The notes under the pieces were generated by a model. The model ran no database searches, was not told the origin of the DNA, and saw only the letters and a list, made by a program, of their open reading frames with translations. A DNA stretch of 64,000 bases from Trichoplax adhaerens. Its lineage: Eukaryota; Animalia; Placozoa. The translations under genes were made by a program, and so were the position numbers. The stretch is from the NCBI RefSeq assembly GCF_000150275.1, contig NW_002060951.1:1994297-2058296 (forward strand), in the 5' to 3' direction. This document shows positions 24,368 through 44,300 of this stretch, piece by piece. The number at the start of each line of letters is the position of its first letter. Position 1 is the first letter of the stretch.

Positions 24368-25012
24368 TTCAATGTTGCCATTGAAACAGACATGATTGCA
24401 GATCTCCTTTGAGTATCACACACGCAGATCAAGGTATAATCCAGCCATTAAATGCAATTTACTGTACTCAAAGTTGCCATTGAACGCGCCCGGCCATTAG
24501 AAATATTTTACAACAGTTACTGTCGTTGGAGTGTCATCAAAAACATACTACAGTCCATCTTCTTTAAATCAGTATTATACTGATAGACTTTACGATTTAA
24601 ACTGGCTATTAGAATACTATAGAACTTTTAATTACAATACTTCGCCGTGGTTGTCGAAACAGATATTGTTGAAGTTTTAGAGATATCAACTGATTAATTC
24701 ATTATGTTATTGATACAGATTCTATAAAATATTATAATACGCGTATATTCACTCTTGTCAATGAAGCAGGCATGACAGTGGAATATCTTTCAAATCAATC
24801 TTCATACACGTATCGAACATTTTATAGATGTAAACTGCTACTACAACACATTTTAGAATGATCACTGTTATCATTAATACTGGTACTACAGCAGATCTTT
24901 ATTGACATGACCATCATATATGGGTTAGAGATTCAAACTTCCTGGTGACTACTAGAACATAATTTACATTATTCACTGTTTTCATGAAACGAGCGTGACA
25001 GCAGAGAGTGAA
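24368..25012. repeat. Highly diverged tandem array, about 110 bp period
   Basis: Related cores at about 24368, 24467, 24641, 24748, 24861 and 24972 (ttcaatgttgccattgaaacagacatgattgcagatc / ttcactcttgtcaatgaagcaggcatgacagtgga / atcactgttatcattaatactggtactacagcagatc / ttcactgttttcatgaaacgagcgtgacagcagag). Confidence 0.5.
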
Positions 25013-26565
25013 TTTTTTATAATATGAGTAACAATTGTATCATGCTCATAGTAACAGATATGCACTAGCTATTAAAAATTTATCTTTACAGTGATTCATA
25101 TCTTCTATGGCCCACGTATTAATATGGCATCCACAATTAGAGATAGCTATGAGTTCAGTATGGAACATGTAGCCAATTCTAATGAGTGCAAATGCTAAAT
25201 GAGATATTTTCTACGATGTTTTAAGTGTGTACAACATACAAAAATAAGATGATGTAAAACAGTCTGTAAATAATTCGCTGTTATTTAGGGATTTCGAATA
25301 TTCTGCAATTCATGATAGTAACGCATGTAATTATATTTTTTCGGACAGTAGAGTAATAAATTAAGCAGCAATACTGTTCGTAATTGTATATAACCATACA
25401 TATTCTCCTATTGAAAACAACACCTATGCATAGGTTTTAGAATCCTCTATGCTTTTCTCTTTTAATCTGCATCACTACTGTGTTATACACATTTAAATAG
25501 AAATCGCTTACTTGAAATTATTCAAAAAATACTCACGGATGAAAGTCGCAGTTATGCTATTTTAATACAGCACCGACACGCTATAGAAGCTGTCGATACC
25601 GTCATTACTGCTATATCTACTCTCTACTTGTCTTACAGTCAATATTGAAATATTTACCTATCGATCAATTCATCATATTAATGATGGACACCCAAGGTTG
25701 TGTACGTATACTCTTTCATTGTATACTGTACATATAACTTTACTAGTAATAATAATTAATTAGTACAATCGATACTGATTAGACCCTAGGGTCTCTAACT
25801 ATAATTTTTGCGATTTATGGTTTCATAGAATAGGCGTGAATATAAACTCTAAAGTAGGAATTATTAGTTTTCATACATTATCTTCTGTTGTTCCTTTTAT
25901 CTACCTTGATCCCGGGTTAACCATTAATACTGTACTGTACTTGTTTGTATAACTGTTTTAGATTTGGTACAGATCACAAATTCGTACGATTTCGTTGCTA
26001 TTAGTATTTTTATTTGCTATCTTTTCACAAAATCAATTCGTAGCTGCAATAATGGAAATTACCAAAAGATCATCTTGTCACTCTTAAATATTTAGTAAAA
26101 TTATTTTTACATCCTGAAAAAAACATGCCGTAAGAACATGTATCAGTAAAAATCTTGGTTCAATCATAGTATCATACCCTTGTTATTTTGTACTAGTCAA
26201 AATAAAATTACATTCCCGTAGTTGAAAATAATTTCAAGGGGATAAGAACTTGAACCAATGTCAAAGTTGACTTGGCAACTTTTAACAATAACCCTGTTGT
26301 TTTTGTTGACATTCAACAGCCCATCAACATTTCTTGTCGCCTGCGATTGATATCCTTGTTACCATCCAATTGATTCTACTACTCTACAGTATGTATCAAC
26401 ATATTAAAGTAACCATGACAATTGTCTCCAATCGATATGTTATTGGTACTAACACAGTCTTTATTTTTTACAACGCCACTTGCCAAATCACTATTTAATT
26501 ATGATGTTAGGAGTTTCCATTCGAAATTTCAGTTAATTTCCATTAATTCTTTTCACATCTGTCGA

Positions 26566-26735
26566 GTTAACTTTTTACTAGTTTCAGTGTGCTTGCTTAC
26601 TAATAAATCATGATAGAAGTGATGACAATATGTTTTCCTCCTACTCCAGTATACTGTTAACTTTTGACTAGTGTGATTACTGATTAATCATGAAAGAAAA
26701 TGTCTATGCGGTCCACATACTCTATAATACTGTCG
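26566..26735. repeat. Degenerate tandem duplication (about 90 bp)
   Basis: gttaactttttactagt...ttactaataaatcatgatagaa...tactccagtatactgt followed by gttaacttttgactagt...ttactgattaatcatgaaagaa...tactctataatactgt. Confidence 0.6.
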
Positions 26736-28057
26736 ATGATTCGATGATCTTATCATGGATACTATCCATCATACACAGTTAAAAGGCCTCATGCGGCTAT
26801 ACACGCACTGTATTGTTTCTAGCCATTATTCCATTACGGTAACAACTTGATTGTATTAATTCGGCTTTCATCGGAAAGTAACCTAAGGCGAATACAGACA
26901 TTCACGTTGTATTCATTGCGCCCTCATGAGGTACTTAGCATTACTCAATAACTATTCCACGTGTACTCCTTTATTAGCGGTTCATCCTCAAGGGATTACT
27001 TCACATTCTATACGACGAACGCAGTCATACTGAATGTACAGTACATTGAATATTGAAAATTGTGCATGATAAATTTCACGTAATCTTGATTATACTGTAT
27101 AATTATGATAATGTCGAAGGGAGTAACCTAATCTATTTAATAAAGGCTGATTGACGGTTCTAATCAGCGTACTCAAAGTGTTGTAATAATAAGTATATCT
27201 ATAATCCTATGCTATTTGGTAATAAAATCACCAAGGAGAAAAATTTCATTATAGCTCTGACAAAAGTCTTGTTTCTTGCAAGATATACGAGTAAATCTAA
27301 ACTATGCTAGGCATAGTTATACTGCATCAGTATTTCTCTGTAGACATATTTCTATTTTTTCTATATGCTTACCTTTAAATGATAAGAAAATGTCCAAATC
27401 TATTTTTAAGATGAAAGATAACTCTCCTGGATACCTCTTTAAATATTAATGTTGGTATTTCGAACTACTTCTAAGAATCTTAATGGGTGTATTCATTTTT
27501 GTCACAAACAGCGCTAATAATACCGAGTTGTTGTAATGCACGTTCAAATTATGTATATGTATTATTTCAAAATAAATACAGAAAGTATCTGGTTTCGTTC
27601 ACACGAATATCCTAATCATGTAAACTGATAGGTGCAATGTGAAATACAAAATTTATGATAATAAAATAATATATGCGTGCATGTAGATAGTTAGTTGTTT
27701 GCTACTTTTGCCATTACCATTTTAGGAATTAATGGTCATATCCATAACTATGTATATTGTATCATCGCAGATATTCTTTCCCATTTATATAACGTTATTG
27801 GTCTATTCTATTGTGTATTGTTTACCATCCAGCACAGTAGTACTGTACGTATTACGGGCCGTAATTAAGTATGTCTTTTCCAAAGAAGCTTGACACAGAA
27901 TTATAGTCATACATTTCTACATGAATAGTAATGATAAGATTACTAAATGAAGTTAATAACAACACTTAATGTTAAATTCCTACACCTTTCGCTACTGCTT
28001 CATCATAGATTTTAAATTTACAGAAGATACATCATACATACGAGAATAACAAACGAA

Positions 28058-33032
<4,975 letters not shown>

Positions 33033-35296
33033 TTATTAGAATTAAGTTCTATTTTTATAGAAATAGCTGAAGAAACGAAATCAATTTTTTTGCAATTTTT
33101 TGAAATATCTTACTTAGATGTTCTATACAATATGATTTATGAAGCAGACTGTATCACTTAAATGATATTTTAATGCTATAATTACTGGAACTCGGATAGA
33201 TGTGCGTCCAGTGAAGCCATTCTATATTGTATTTTTATCAAAGCTATGCATATTCACCATAGGGCTACTAAAAATTACAATATTACGTTTTGGTTGACTT
33301 GAAGATGTTACCAATCTTATTTACTACGGTCCACTTTTGGTACTAATATATATTCAGGATGCTACATCAGATGCCCTCCTATTACAGTATAAGAAGACAT
33401 TTATTATATTTGATTTATAAATTCATAGAAAGCTATTGATATATATTTCAAAGGACGAAAATATAGCAGGATATTTTTCTAAATTTTCGCGAGTGTATTT
33501 CATTAGTCGATTCTAAGTAATCTTTACCTACTTTTAGTAACCAAACATAGAGACATGTAGATGCAGCCATATTTAGGGATCACTGGTAGAAATAATCGGG
33601 TTTAGTATACGTAATTACAAGAATAACGACTGCTTAAGTATTAAAATGACTTAAAGTTGCAAGCTTATTAATGTTTTGATTTCTATCCGACATATATTTA
33701 CGATGTAATGCCTGTTTCGCCATTTCTTCAAAATTATGAATTTGTCAGAACACTGATAAAGTGTGTCAAATACAGTGGCAAGGCTGCGATTTCTAGTTAA
33801 TTTCACTTTATGATGTCGTATAAAATCAGTTCTTAAAAACAAAGAATATATGTATCTGTATCTCTGCAGTAACAATAAAACATTATAGCCAAACCCCACA
33901 AACTGCGCACTTTAGATACCATTCACAAATAGATACTTGCAGTACATAATCTTACAATCTAACCTATAAAAAATGCTCTACGTATTTGATGGACGTAATA
34001 CAAATACACTATTGGAAAAATTTCATATTACCGGAATTGAATTATCAGCTTGGATACGGTACGGCAATTCTGTATTGCGTATTTACCTATAGTTTATTAG
34101 AAATCTTCATTGATACCTTGGCCAACCTTTAAATATCTATCTAACTATGATAAAAAATGTATGCTATTTGCTAATTTATTAATAAAACATTGATACTACA
34201 GTAGATTGTATTCCGTGAGACGATACTGGGACCTAGTTATGATTACTGTCTCTGAAATTTTATTATGGTTATGTTTTATCATGCGATTTTGTAAATTTGA
34301 TAGTATTCAAAATATATGGCTATTAATACTCCTAACAGGAAATACCTCTTACCCTAACGGGTCTGCTTTACATATACAGATAAATCAGCACGCAAATATT
34401 CCTGCGACGTTCATTAGTCAGAAATATCAGTTTACGAAAGAGATCTTTTTAGATTAAAGTTAAGTATTAACCACTCGTACCATCTCAAAAAACGAATTAT
34501 AGTATATCGCAAACATTTTTCACTAATATACGTGCATATCTTACTTCAGATTGTTAATTATTGCGCAATACTACGATCAAATACATTCATCAACACCAGC
34601 ACTGTAGCATCAATTTTAGACACCTTGCAGCATTATTCGCTACAATTTAAAGTTTAATTCGCAGATCTCAACTAACAGTAGAATCATCGTGATTTCATAT
34701 TACCAGATGCCTATTGTATTGTCAACTAAGCATATGATACTGCTATACGGCTGATCAGTAAATTCACCGTCTGATCGAAAAACTCAAAAATAATGCACTA
34801 AGATACGCCTGCAGTAGCAGATCTTTTCATTGGTCAATGATTTAATGCTATTACAAATTAATACCTGGCAATGAAGGTGAAACTTCTGTATGCATTAATA
34901 TCATTTCACTCGATTTGCTACCAAATGAGTCTATATTCTATTATATCAATTTCGATATTGAACTCTTATGCAAATTGTAACGTCAATACCCTTCAAAATC
35001 CAGATTTATCATCAAAAATTATCTGAACGATTTATTGTTTCTGAAGCTATTCTGGCGTCTTCGGTCTAGTAAAATATGATCGCGGTCTGTTATCAATGCA
35101 AAGATAGAAAAATATTGAACTGCTAATATGAACAATATAAATGACAGAAATTATAGGATTATGGGAAGCACAAAAGCTATTTGCTTGCATTATTATGTCA
35201 GTTGGCTATCCTATAACAGTTTATTTTTACGCTAACTACTGATAATAATCATAGAACACCATAATGATTAATTATTATCACGATATCAGTGCCGAT

Positions 35297-38200
35297 TTAG
35301 GAGGTTTGCTTAGATGATAAGTAAATGTTCCAGCCCAATCCAACAAGGTTGCCGCATAAGACACGGTACTAAAAAAAAAGAAAAATGCCAGAAAGTTTTA
35401 ATCTATTACTTGCAAAGAATTATGAGAATCACTAGTTCTACGATTACTAAAAGCTATTCCGAAAAATATATTTACAGCAGGTTTATTTTGCACTAAAATT
35501 AAGTGTAATAAAGTACCATATACTAGTGTTCGAAATAAAGCTAGATTTTATAACCTAGTCAAGTATAACGTATTAGGATAAATCTACGGTACAAGGTACA
35601 TAAATTGGCATACATGTGTTGGAACGTAATTGACGATAATGTATTGGAATACAGTCCATACACGCCAATTCATTTTTAAAGCTATCCAATAGGATTTACG
35701 AATCCTATCCATGGCCACTTCAGATGAATGTCCCTAAATGCAGTTATTGTATCAATTAGTTGTATTAAAGGTGCACGATATTAAATCCCACATATGAAAT
35801 GTGCCCTATTACATAAGAACAATCGAAGACTATAAAGCTAGTAGTAATTAATAACTTTAAAATATTATGTCGCGTTTAATTATAGACATTTCTCATTTAG
35901 AAAAACTAGTAAACTGTAAGATAATAACGACTGCAATGGCAATATTAGAAGATTCTAAGATTGATATGTGACAAAATTGATGACTTATTCTTTAACTTCG
36001 ATAACGCGATTATATCTGAAGTAGCATGATTTCAAATTAGCAAACCTGAAAGAGTGCTACCAAGTAGAAGACTAAGAAGAGGAACGGTGGTGCAAATATC
36101 AAACGATCCACTAGGACTCGCACAGCAGGAGCAAATGGGACTTTCGATGGAACTAGTTTCTCCAGCCACTGATAGTAGAAATGCGAGAGCGGTCCGGTCA
36201 CGATTAAGCTAAAATTGAACATAGTGAATACTAGATATTAGAATTGAAAGTCTAATAAATGCGCACTAATAGATAAATTAGGACACTAAGTTTAGCACGT
36301 CCTCAACAAATCAGGATTCTGGTACTCATATCTTTAAGTTCTTAAATTTTCTAAATAACTAATATTAAAGATAAAATTTTACTGGAAGCTAATATTAAAG
36401 AAGCTTTAAAATAGGTAATGGAATGCTATACAGTAGCTTATTGAGTAGCGTTAGACGTGACTGGAAAGTCACTGATCCTGTAAAAATTCTAGTCACTATT
36501 TTAATGAAAGCGCTGAAAATGAACTACTTATTTATCAGAATTTCAGTATTTAGCCACCACTACACTAGCTACGCCTGCCAATCAGGGAAAAACAATTTAT
36601 AGTAGTGCCAAGCATTGCATTTGAGTCTGCGAGTCTTACTTAAAAAAGGCGTAAGCTCCAACGTTTCTCCATACTATGGTTCCTTGACCACCTTGAGCTA
36701 GTTTTTGTGATATAAAATCACCTAAGCCAGCAAGAATCGCACTACAAAACAAGAATAAACATCAATCTGTGTTATAAAAAACACTTATACCCCGTGATAG
36801 GGAGAATCATAGCTAGGAAACAACTTAGTTAACTTATTTTTTTTTAACGTTCAAGGTTACGATATTAAGGTATTTAAATAATTTAACATAATCTAATTTG
36901 CTAAAATAAAGCATCCAATAGTTGTTTCTGTTATGCTGCTGTTCATAAATCCTTAGAATATTTTCATGTGTGCCGTCCATTATGTACGATAACTGGTATT
37001 ACATTATATACGGTAGTATTAAAGTAAAATGTTCACGACTTTGTTGAACGTTTAGCTAGTTAAGTTCTTTAATGAATATTGAAAGAAATTCCAATCACAA
37101 AAGCTATAAATTATCTAGTATAAAATTTTCATTTAATTTATTACTTGGAGCATTCTAGATACCGTACTAGACATAATTGCACTGGCGACAATGCGATATC
37201 GTTTACATCAGATGTATCCCTAATTCAGTGATTAAAATCGCTAACTATAAATCTTTATTCAAATTCTTATTCATACGAATATATCACAACTAAACATCTT
37301 GCATTATATCAGCAATATTTTCAGTGAAATTGCAGGATCAAATCTTAAACGTTAAGCATGCATTTAGTTTGAAGTTTAATTTCTATTCATATGAACGTGT
37401 AGTCTACTAGTACGGTATAGTTATCTTATTTAAATAGACCAGATATACCACCTAAAAAGCTACCCGATCGTTTCTAATTTTTAAATGTATCTATATAATG
37501 TAACGGATTTAGATATGAATTCCAAATAAATGAAGATATTGAAGTCAGAGCAGTTGTTACTCTACTTTAAAAGATGTGGCAGTTAAGTATAAATTGAACA
37601 AGGGTAAATATCAAATAATAATGTGGACAACACAAGGTAATCTTCCGTTGCATATAATTATAATTGTCCAATTTTCATCAACAAGTAGTATAAGTACTCC
37701 TATTAAATACATGTTAACGCTAATCCGACGAAATCAGTTGCTAGGGAAAGAGCTAGCGTCGATATTAGTTAAAGAAGTCAGAATGAGATGACTTCGGGAC
37801 ATGGAAAGGCTAACTTAAATTTTATATTACCTCTGGTAAGAGACATTGAAGTATAAAAAATGTCGGAACTCAGAACCGAATGACTTAGTATATCAAAACC
37901 AAAGTCTTTTATATTCTGTATTATGACAGATTTTGGAGCCACGCTGATATCAGCAAATAGATTGTACTAATGAGATCATCCAATCGAGCATGATATTAAA
38001 TATGCTCATAACACGAGTTTGACTTAGTTAAGATATATATAGAAAAAGACCTTCTTTAAAGGGTTTAATAAAAAATCTACTAAATCACTAAAGAGTTTTC
38101 CCTATTTTACAATGATGACCAGCAAACTTATTGAGAAATCGAATTAAAAGAATGATTGCAGTAAAGTAACAAGGTCCTCTTCAAGTTGATAAAACCGAAC

Positions 38201-38366
38201 AAATAATGTTCAGAAAAACATTTTAAGTAGATTATTTCTTAAGCGATTACGAAGGATATCCAATTTACCTTGTAATTGACTTAGTTGCCAATGGATAGTG
38301 TTGAAGAAGATAGAAATATCGGTCTAACAACCGATGCAATATATTTTGTTTGCCTTTCTCCGACAT
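35297..38366 (-). CDS. PXMP2: Peroxisomal membrane protein 2 (PMP22/Mpv17 family), 5 exons, 184 aa
   Basis: Exons: 38366-38269 (MSEKGKQNILHRLLDRYFYLLQHYPLATKSITS), 36741-36640 (AILAGLGDFISQKL), 36208-36046 (VTGPLSHFYYQWLE...VDRLIFAPPFL), 35733-35614 (YWIALKMNWRVWTVFQYIIVNYVP), 35368-35297 (YRVLCGNLVGLGWNIYLS...TAA). All introns GT-AG; total 555 nt. The MNWRVWT and TGPLSHF motifs are PXMP2-like. Confidence 0.92.
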
Positions 38367-41300
38367 TTTTTCACTTGCTTTCCTTTTTTCAAGATAGAAA
38401 CGTGATGATCAAAGATAGCGTGTATTTTAACCTGCAACTATGACTGTTATAAGTAAGTTGTACCTTCTTTAAATTCATGGGAGGATTTAAAATTAATTTA
38501 TTTTTTCTTGCGAACCAATGTTAGCATCGACGCTATAGTCGCCGTAGGGAGTCCCTGAACCTTATACCTCAATACTCTACCCATGAAAAAATTAAAAAAT
38601 ACTTGTAACCGTCACTTTCCGACTGACACTGAAACTGTATAAATATTCAAATATTGTTGTAGTATAATATTTAAATTATTAATATTAAGAAATTGACTTT
38701 GATCGTAACAGTATCGAATATTTTCATTTGTTTAAGCGATATCTACAAGACGCTAGTCTCTATTTTTACAGGATAAATTTCATCTTTTACAATGAGTTTT
38801 TGTTAGTAAGCCGTCAGCTACAAGGTGCTAGTCTCTGCTACTGTACTATGCTAGCAAGGATATTACTAATGGGAGTGAATGTAAGCAGTGAATGGCCATT
38901 GGCTGACCATTTTAATGTTATGTAGATTTCAGTTGCAGCTTCTGTGCCTAGTGTACTTTAACTGGATTAAAGCACTATATTGAAGTAAGAGATGTTTTGC
39001 TGAGAACCAAAAATTGCGGAAGGATACAGTACTAACATTACCAGCTACACAACCAATATTTCAACTGATGAACAGCCTTTTCGGTATTGTACACTGTGAT
39101 GACTGTCATAAAATATTTAATGCGGTTTACGCAATATAAAAAAGTTAATCTATTGGGTACTTGTAAAAGATTAATTGGCTACACAACACATCATTGCTAA
39201 ATAGGAACTACATTGAACCTGGGTTTTATTTTTAGAAACTAAAGTTGCGATTTTAATCGTGTATCTGAATGCAAATTCATTATCGTTAAATAATGAATCC
39301 GTTAACTTAAATCAAAAATATATCACAAAAACCATGGATCGCCTATGGATACTAACGTTAACACTTCTAGAGATCCTAGTTAAATCCACTATTAACTTCA
39401 TGATAGATTATGTAGTCCTCGACAATAATGAATTGTAATCATCACAGGAATAATACCATATACCACGTGTAAGATTCATGCAATTCGGGCAAATTTTGAA
39501 CTCAGATTATATATTTTAAAAACAATCTGCCTCTATAAATTTACGTATGACTATAAATTTATCCTAGTCAGCTTATTAAATCATTTGTTTCTGTTAGATA
39601 GTGAAATAAATCACTGAGAAATTCGATTTTCCTATACAGCAGATACTAATATTACTAACGAGTTCGACAACGATTGTGTTTGATTCTTAACTACTCAGTT
39701 ATTAAAGGAGTTGCTGCCAGAATAATGAAAATAACCATTTGTTAGTAAATCATGTACACATAGCTACTATAAATAGCTGAAATCATTATAATCAGTATTC
39801 ACAGAAATAAACGATTTCGGCTATTAGCAACATTCAATCAGACAGAAGTGCAGGCTCTCAAGTATCTATAAAGCAATAGTGATTTGGCTCCTCCGTATGC
39901 AGTAGTTTTACCATTTAGTAGAGGGCGGTCGCTTTGCTTGCCGTTCATACTCGGCACGATGTCCAATAGTTTTATGCAAAGATATAGAAATAGGCATTTA
40001 ACAGCACAATACTATGTGCATTACGAAAGAACTAAACACAATTTACATTTGCCTTTAAGTAACTTTAACATTACATCTCGATATTCAAAGTAAAATCCTG
40101 CATTTTCCACTTTAACATGATACTGGAGACAAACGTTTCAACTAGTAAATGCATTACCGTAAGTTCTTACATATTTCTATACTGGTAACTGTTTCTTATT
40201 ACCTCAACTACAATGGGCGATAATTGTAGGTTAAATTATTCCATTGATACCAAGAAATAGCAACAACTTCTATTGTACTACCCACAATATTACTAAACTA
40301 TAATTATTCCAGACAGAATGATCCTTCTAAAGTTAGCAAATAAAAGTTTTAATTGAAAAGGTGCCCAGAATCTAGGTTATTTTGACATTTTCAAGGTATC
40401 TGCCTGATTTTTAACATGAATTTAAGTTGAAAATCCTCTACTAACTCAGTAAGCAGTACACTGGCATTAAGAATTTGATTTATGATAAGAGCATAAAATA
40501 TATCGAGAAAAGTAGCGAAGTAATATGAAAATGTTGAAATCATTTGTGCAGTCAAAGTAATCCTGACTATTAGTACTCTTCATAATAGACACGAAGGAAA
40601 CACTTTACTCAAGTGTATATATACATTTAACTTTGAAGATGCGAAAGGGCAATATATACGTTATTACAAAGTATACGTATAACTCAGAATACGCTAATAC
40701 TTCCTTAACGAATGAACAGCATATCATATCGTACAAAAGGAGCGTCTATACTCCTTGAAACCTTACGAAAATTAGAAGCTATAAATGTGGATATATGGCT
40801 TTTGCTTGGACATATATATTCAATATTGATGCTGCTTGGTAGAGTAGAGTATCATCTGCTACTATAAGATCAAGATATACTAGTATTTTCGTAAAGAAGG
40901 TGAAGAATGCGATCGATTTATAACGCCAAATGCTATCGAAAACTACAACTTACCGATAATTCTTATAAAATAGGAGGAACTTATTATAGTTGTAAATATA
41001 AATATGATCTGCTCAATTACATATGTTCATTTAATATTAAAGATAGGAAGGAGATTTTATCTACTACCAGTAATATATTATCTGATGTGATGATACTACA
41101 CACATTTATATTATCAGAAAGACTATTTAGCGTGTATATAATATAGCATAACAGTCATTGTATAACACAAAGAAATTCTTAATGAGTAGAGATAATTATT
41201 ATAACAACATATTGCTTATAAATTCTTTCATAATAAGCATAATATGTATTAGGTTAGATTATCTTCCCTTAACAGAATTTCTAAATAGAACAATGCTATA

Positions 41301-44300
41301 GTTTATGATATAATAGCATCTACAGACTAGACGTCATAACTCAATCGTGCTTTGAAGAGAAAAGTTGGTTAAAAAGAAGAGCATGTAAACAACGATGAAA
41401 GTTGTGCGATCATGGCAATATGGAAAAACAACTTTTGTATTGATCTGAAGACGGATATCATCACATTTATTATTAAGTGGCATAATTGTAATAATTTCTG
41501 TTACCAAACTACATTTATGAAAATACTAGGTGTTTATTTTTATACTCCTAATTTTGTTCTTAATTTTTAACTTCTTCATAACAAAGAGAGAAAAACCGGA
41601 ATTTTATTTTTATGACATAATTCAGATATGAACGATAAAAAGCTATAATAATAACTGCAAATCGGATGGTGATATTGTAGCATAGAATGATAGCATAGTA
41701 ACAGATCATTATTTTGCAATATGAATCATGATATTATTCAATTGTTCAGTTCTCAGGATTATTATTTTTGATATTTTTAGCGTATTATATATTGTATAAT
41801 ATAAAAATTTTAATTAAATGTAAAAGTAGTCTGTGAAAAAGATGGGTTCTAGAATCAATGATAAATGATATATTGTATTATTAACTGTAACTTTTTTCTT
41901 TTATTGTCTAAAAATGTTGTTGATGTAATTAATACTACATTCATAATAAAAGAGTTAAATGAAATACATGATTTGTAGACGTGGTAAATTATAAAAGTAG
42001 AATAAGTATTATAATTATAGCCCGCTTTAGTCAAGAATATACCATTAATGAATAAATGGCTGTAATAATGTTTGTTAGATTTAACTATTCAATTATTAAT
42101 TATCGTCATCAGTCACTGTTATCGTTGTCACTATCATATTTCTATCGTTTTATGAATTTAGCAGATGGTAAATTTTGTACAGAGACACTTCTAATTGATT
42201 TAAAATGCAGAATCTAATATAATTGTTATGATGGCATCATTTTCTGTAAAATTCACATACGAAATTGTTTTCATTTCCAATTATTACTTCTAACACTCTA
42301 ATAAAACTTTACACAATTAGCTGTTGGAGTAAAATAACGCCTTTTACTATTTGTAGTTGATTATCGAATTAACTATAATTAAAACGAAGCTATAGCGGTA
42401 CAAAAATGTTTTACAATGAAAGCATACTCGCAAATTATAATTATAAAATTACCAAAGTTTATCACTTACAACAACCGGTCAGCAAAGGAAAACCTAAAAA
42501 GCCATTTTTTGGCGACCGAGGTCAATTTTCAATTTCGTAGAGGCATTAAAACCTTAGACGCTCACACTACAATTATTTCCATCCAATAATTATAAGTACT
42601 AACTTTTCACTTTTATAGGGAATGGATTACTACGGTTCTTTTCATTAAATTGAGATTGTTAGTTGAAGTTAAGGTAGAAGCTAAGTGAACCTCGATCGGA
42701 AATTGAACTTTATTTTTATCAAATACAAGGATGATACGGCATTTTATGATTGGCTTCATAAAGCACTTGAAAATTTTAAAATACCTAGTAATGTTATGCA
42801 TGATTTCAAAAGTATTTTTATTTCAAGATGTTCGAGTTATCTGGAGTCTGTGGAGACATGAAGATCTTGTCAAAATATCCAAAAGGACAATAGAAATTAT
42901 CAGTTTTGATTATAATTATTAATATAATATGAACGTGAAAAGCTTAAGATTGTAAATTATAATAACGGAATTAAAAGAATGAACAAAATTCTATTTTTAA
43001 TCAAAGTGATAAAATTGTACGTCCGTCATTTATAATCCAAATTGTGGTGTTTCATTACGTGTATAATGATATGACTTATCATTCGTTATATATTTATGAA
43101 ATTACTCCCGCAATATGCCCCAATTTTTTAACGCAATTTTTGAACTATAGTAACATTCTACGCAATATCTCTCGTTTGTAATCTTTATCAATATCACATA
43201 ACCAAAAAAAATGAAATAAAAATAGATAAGGCCATGTATGGTACGCTTAAATACTTTTATCGTACTCGTATTATATTATCAATTGTCGTTTTTGCCTTCT
43301 CTAGCAATCCTCTCATAAATGCACTGATATCCATTTAGGTATTCGACAACTTGTATCACAAAGAGTATTAATCATTTACCGAGAGGGCAGTAGAATTTTA
43401 TATTTGATATTAATGAACTGAAAATCTAATATCATATACGGTGGAATAAGCAATATAAATTTCATTGAATATACGAGGATCTCAACAACTAAAATTGATG
43501 ATTAAAATATTAATTCTATCGGTTTATTGACACCAATTTAACGCTTCCTGCTTATAATTAAGATTATTTTAACATACTATTATTAGCCCAACGATATTAT
43601 ACGTATTGCTATAACACATATCCCTATTAATTTGATTCATTTGATGTAAATTTTACTATATATAATTTTACCCTTGCAATTCATTCATGTACCTTTACAA
43701 CAGTAAAATCATTTATAAGCAACCATCTAATTAATTCTAAATATATATGCTACACAAAATCTCGCAAGTATGAGAGTGCTTATTTTATTAAGTGATGAAT
43801 ATTAATGCGTACGCGTATACCATGGTGCTACAATCATGTGCAATCATATTACTGAATTAAATTATAAACTGTTGTGCTTTATTATACTTGCGTGTGTTAT
43901 GTATTCGTTAAATATATTTTACTTATTATAGTAGCAAGAACAATTTAGGTGGTAGTTCTCTGCAGTATTAATGAAACCGGTGGAAATTAAGGCTTGATGT
44001 CGACACGATAAGGGAAAGGGAAACGCATTAAGCAAAAGTTTCCATTTTGTAAATTTGGTACCATTATTATCCAGTTGACAGCTTCGTGTAATTATGCTCT
44101 TACACTTGGTAGTTTAAGGAGTACTGTATATAGCTAATACTATCTAATTCAATAACTGTACACATAAATGATTTAAGATATTTTATAGTATTTAATCGAT
44201 CAACATTTATTTATACTTAGATTCTGATTTGCATGTATTTTTCTCAGTATAAACTAATACTGTACGGTATATCAAACCAAAGACAAAATGTGGCGCAAGA

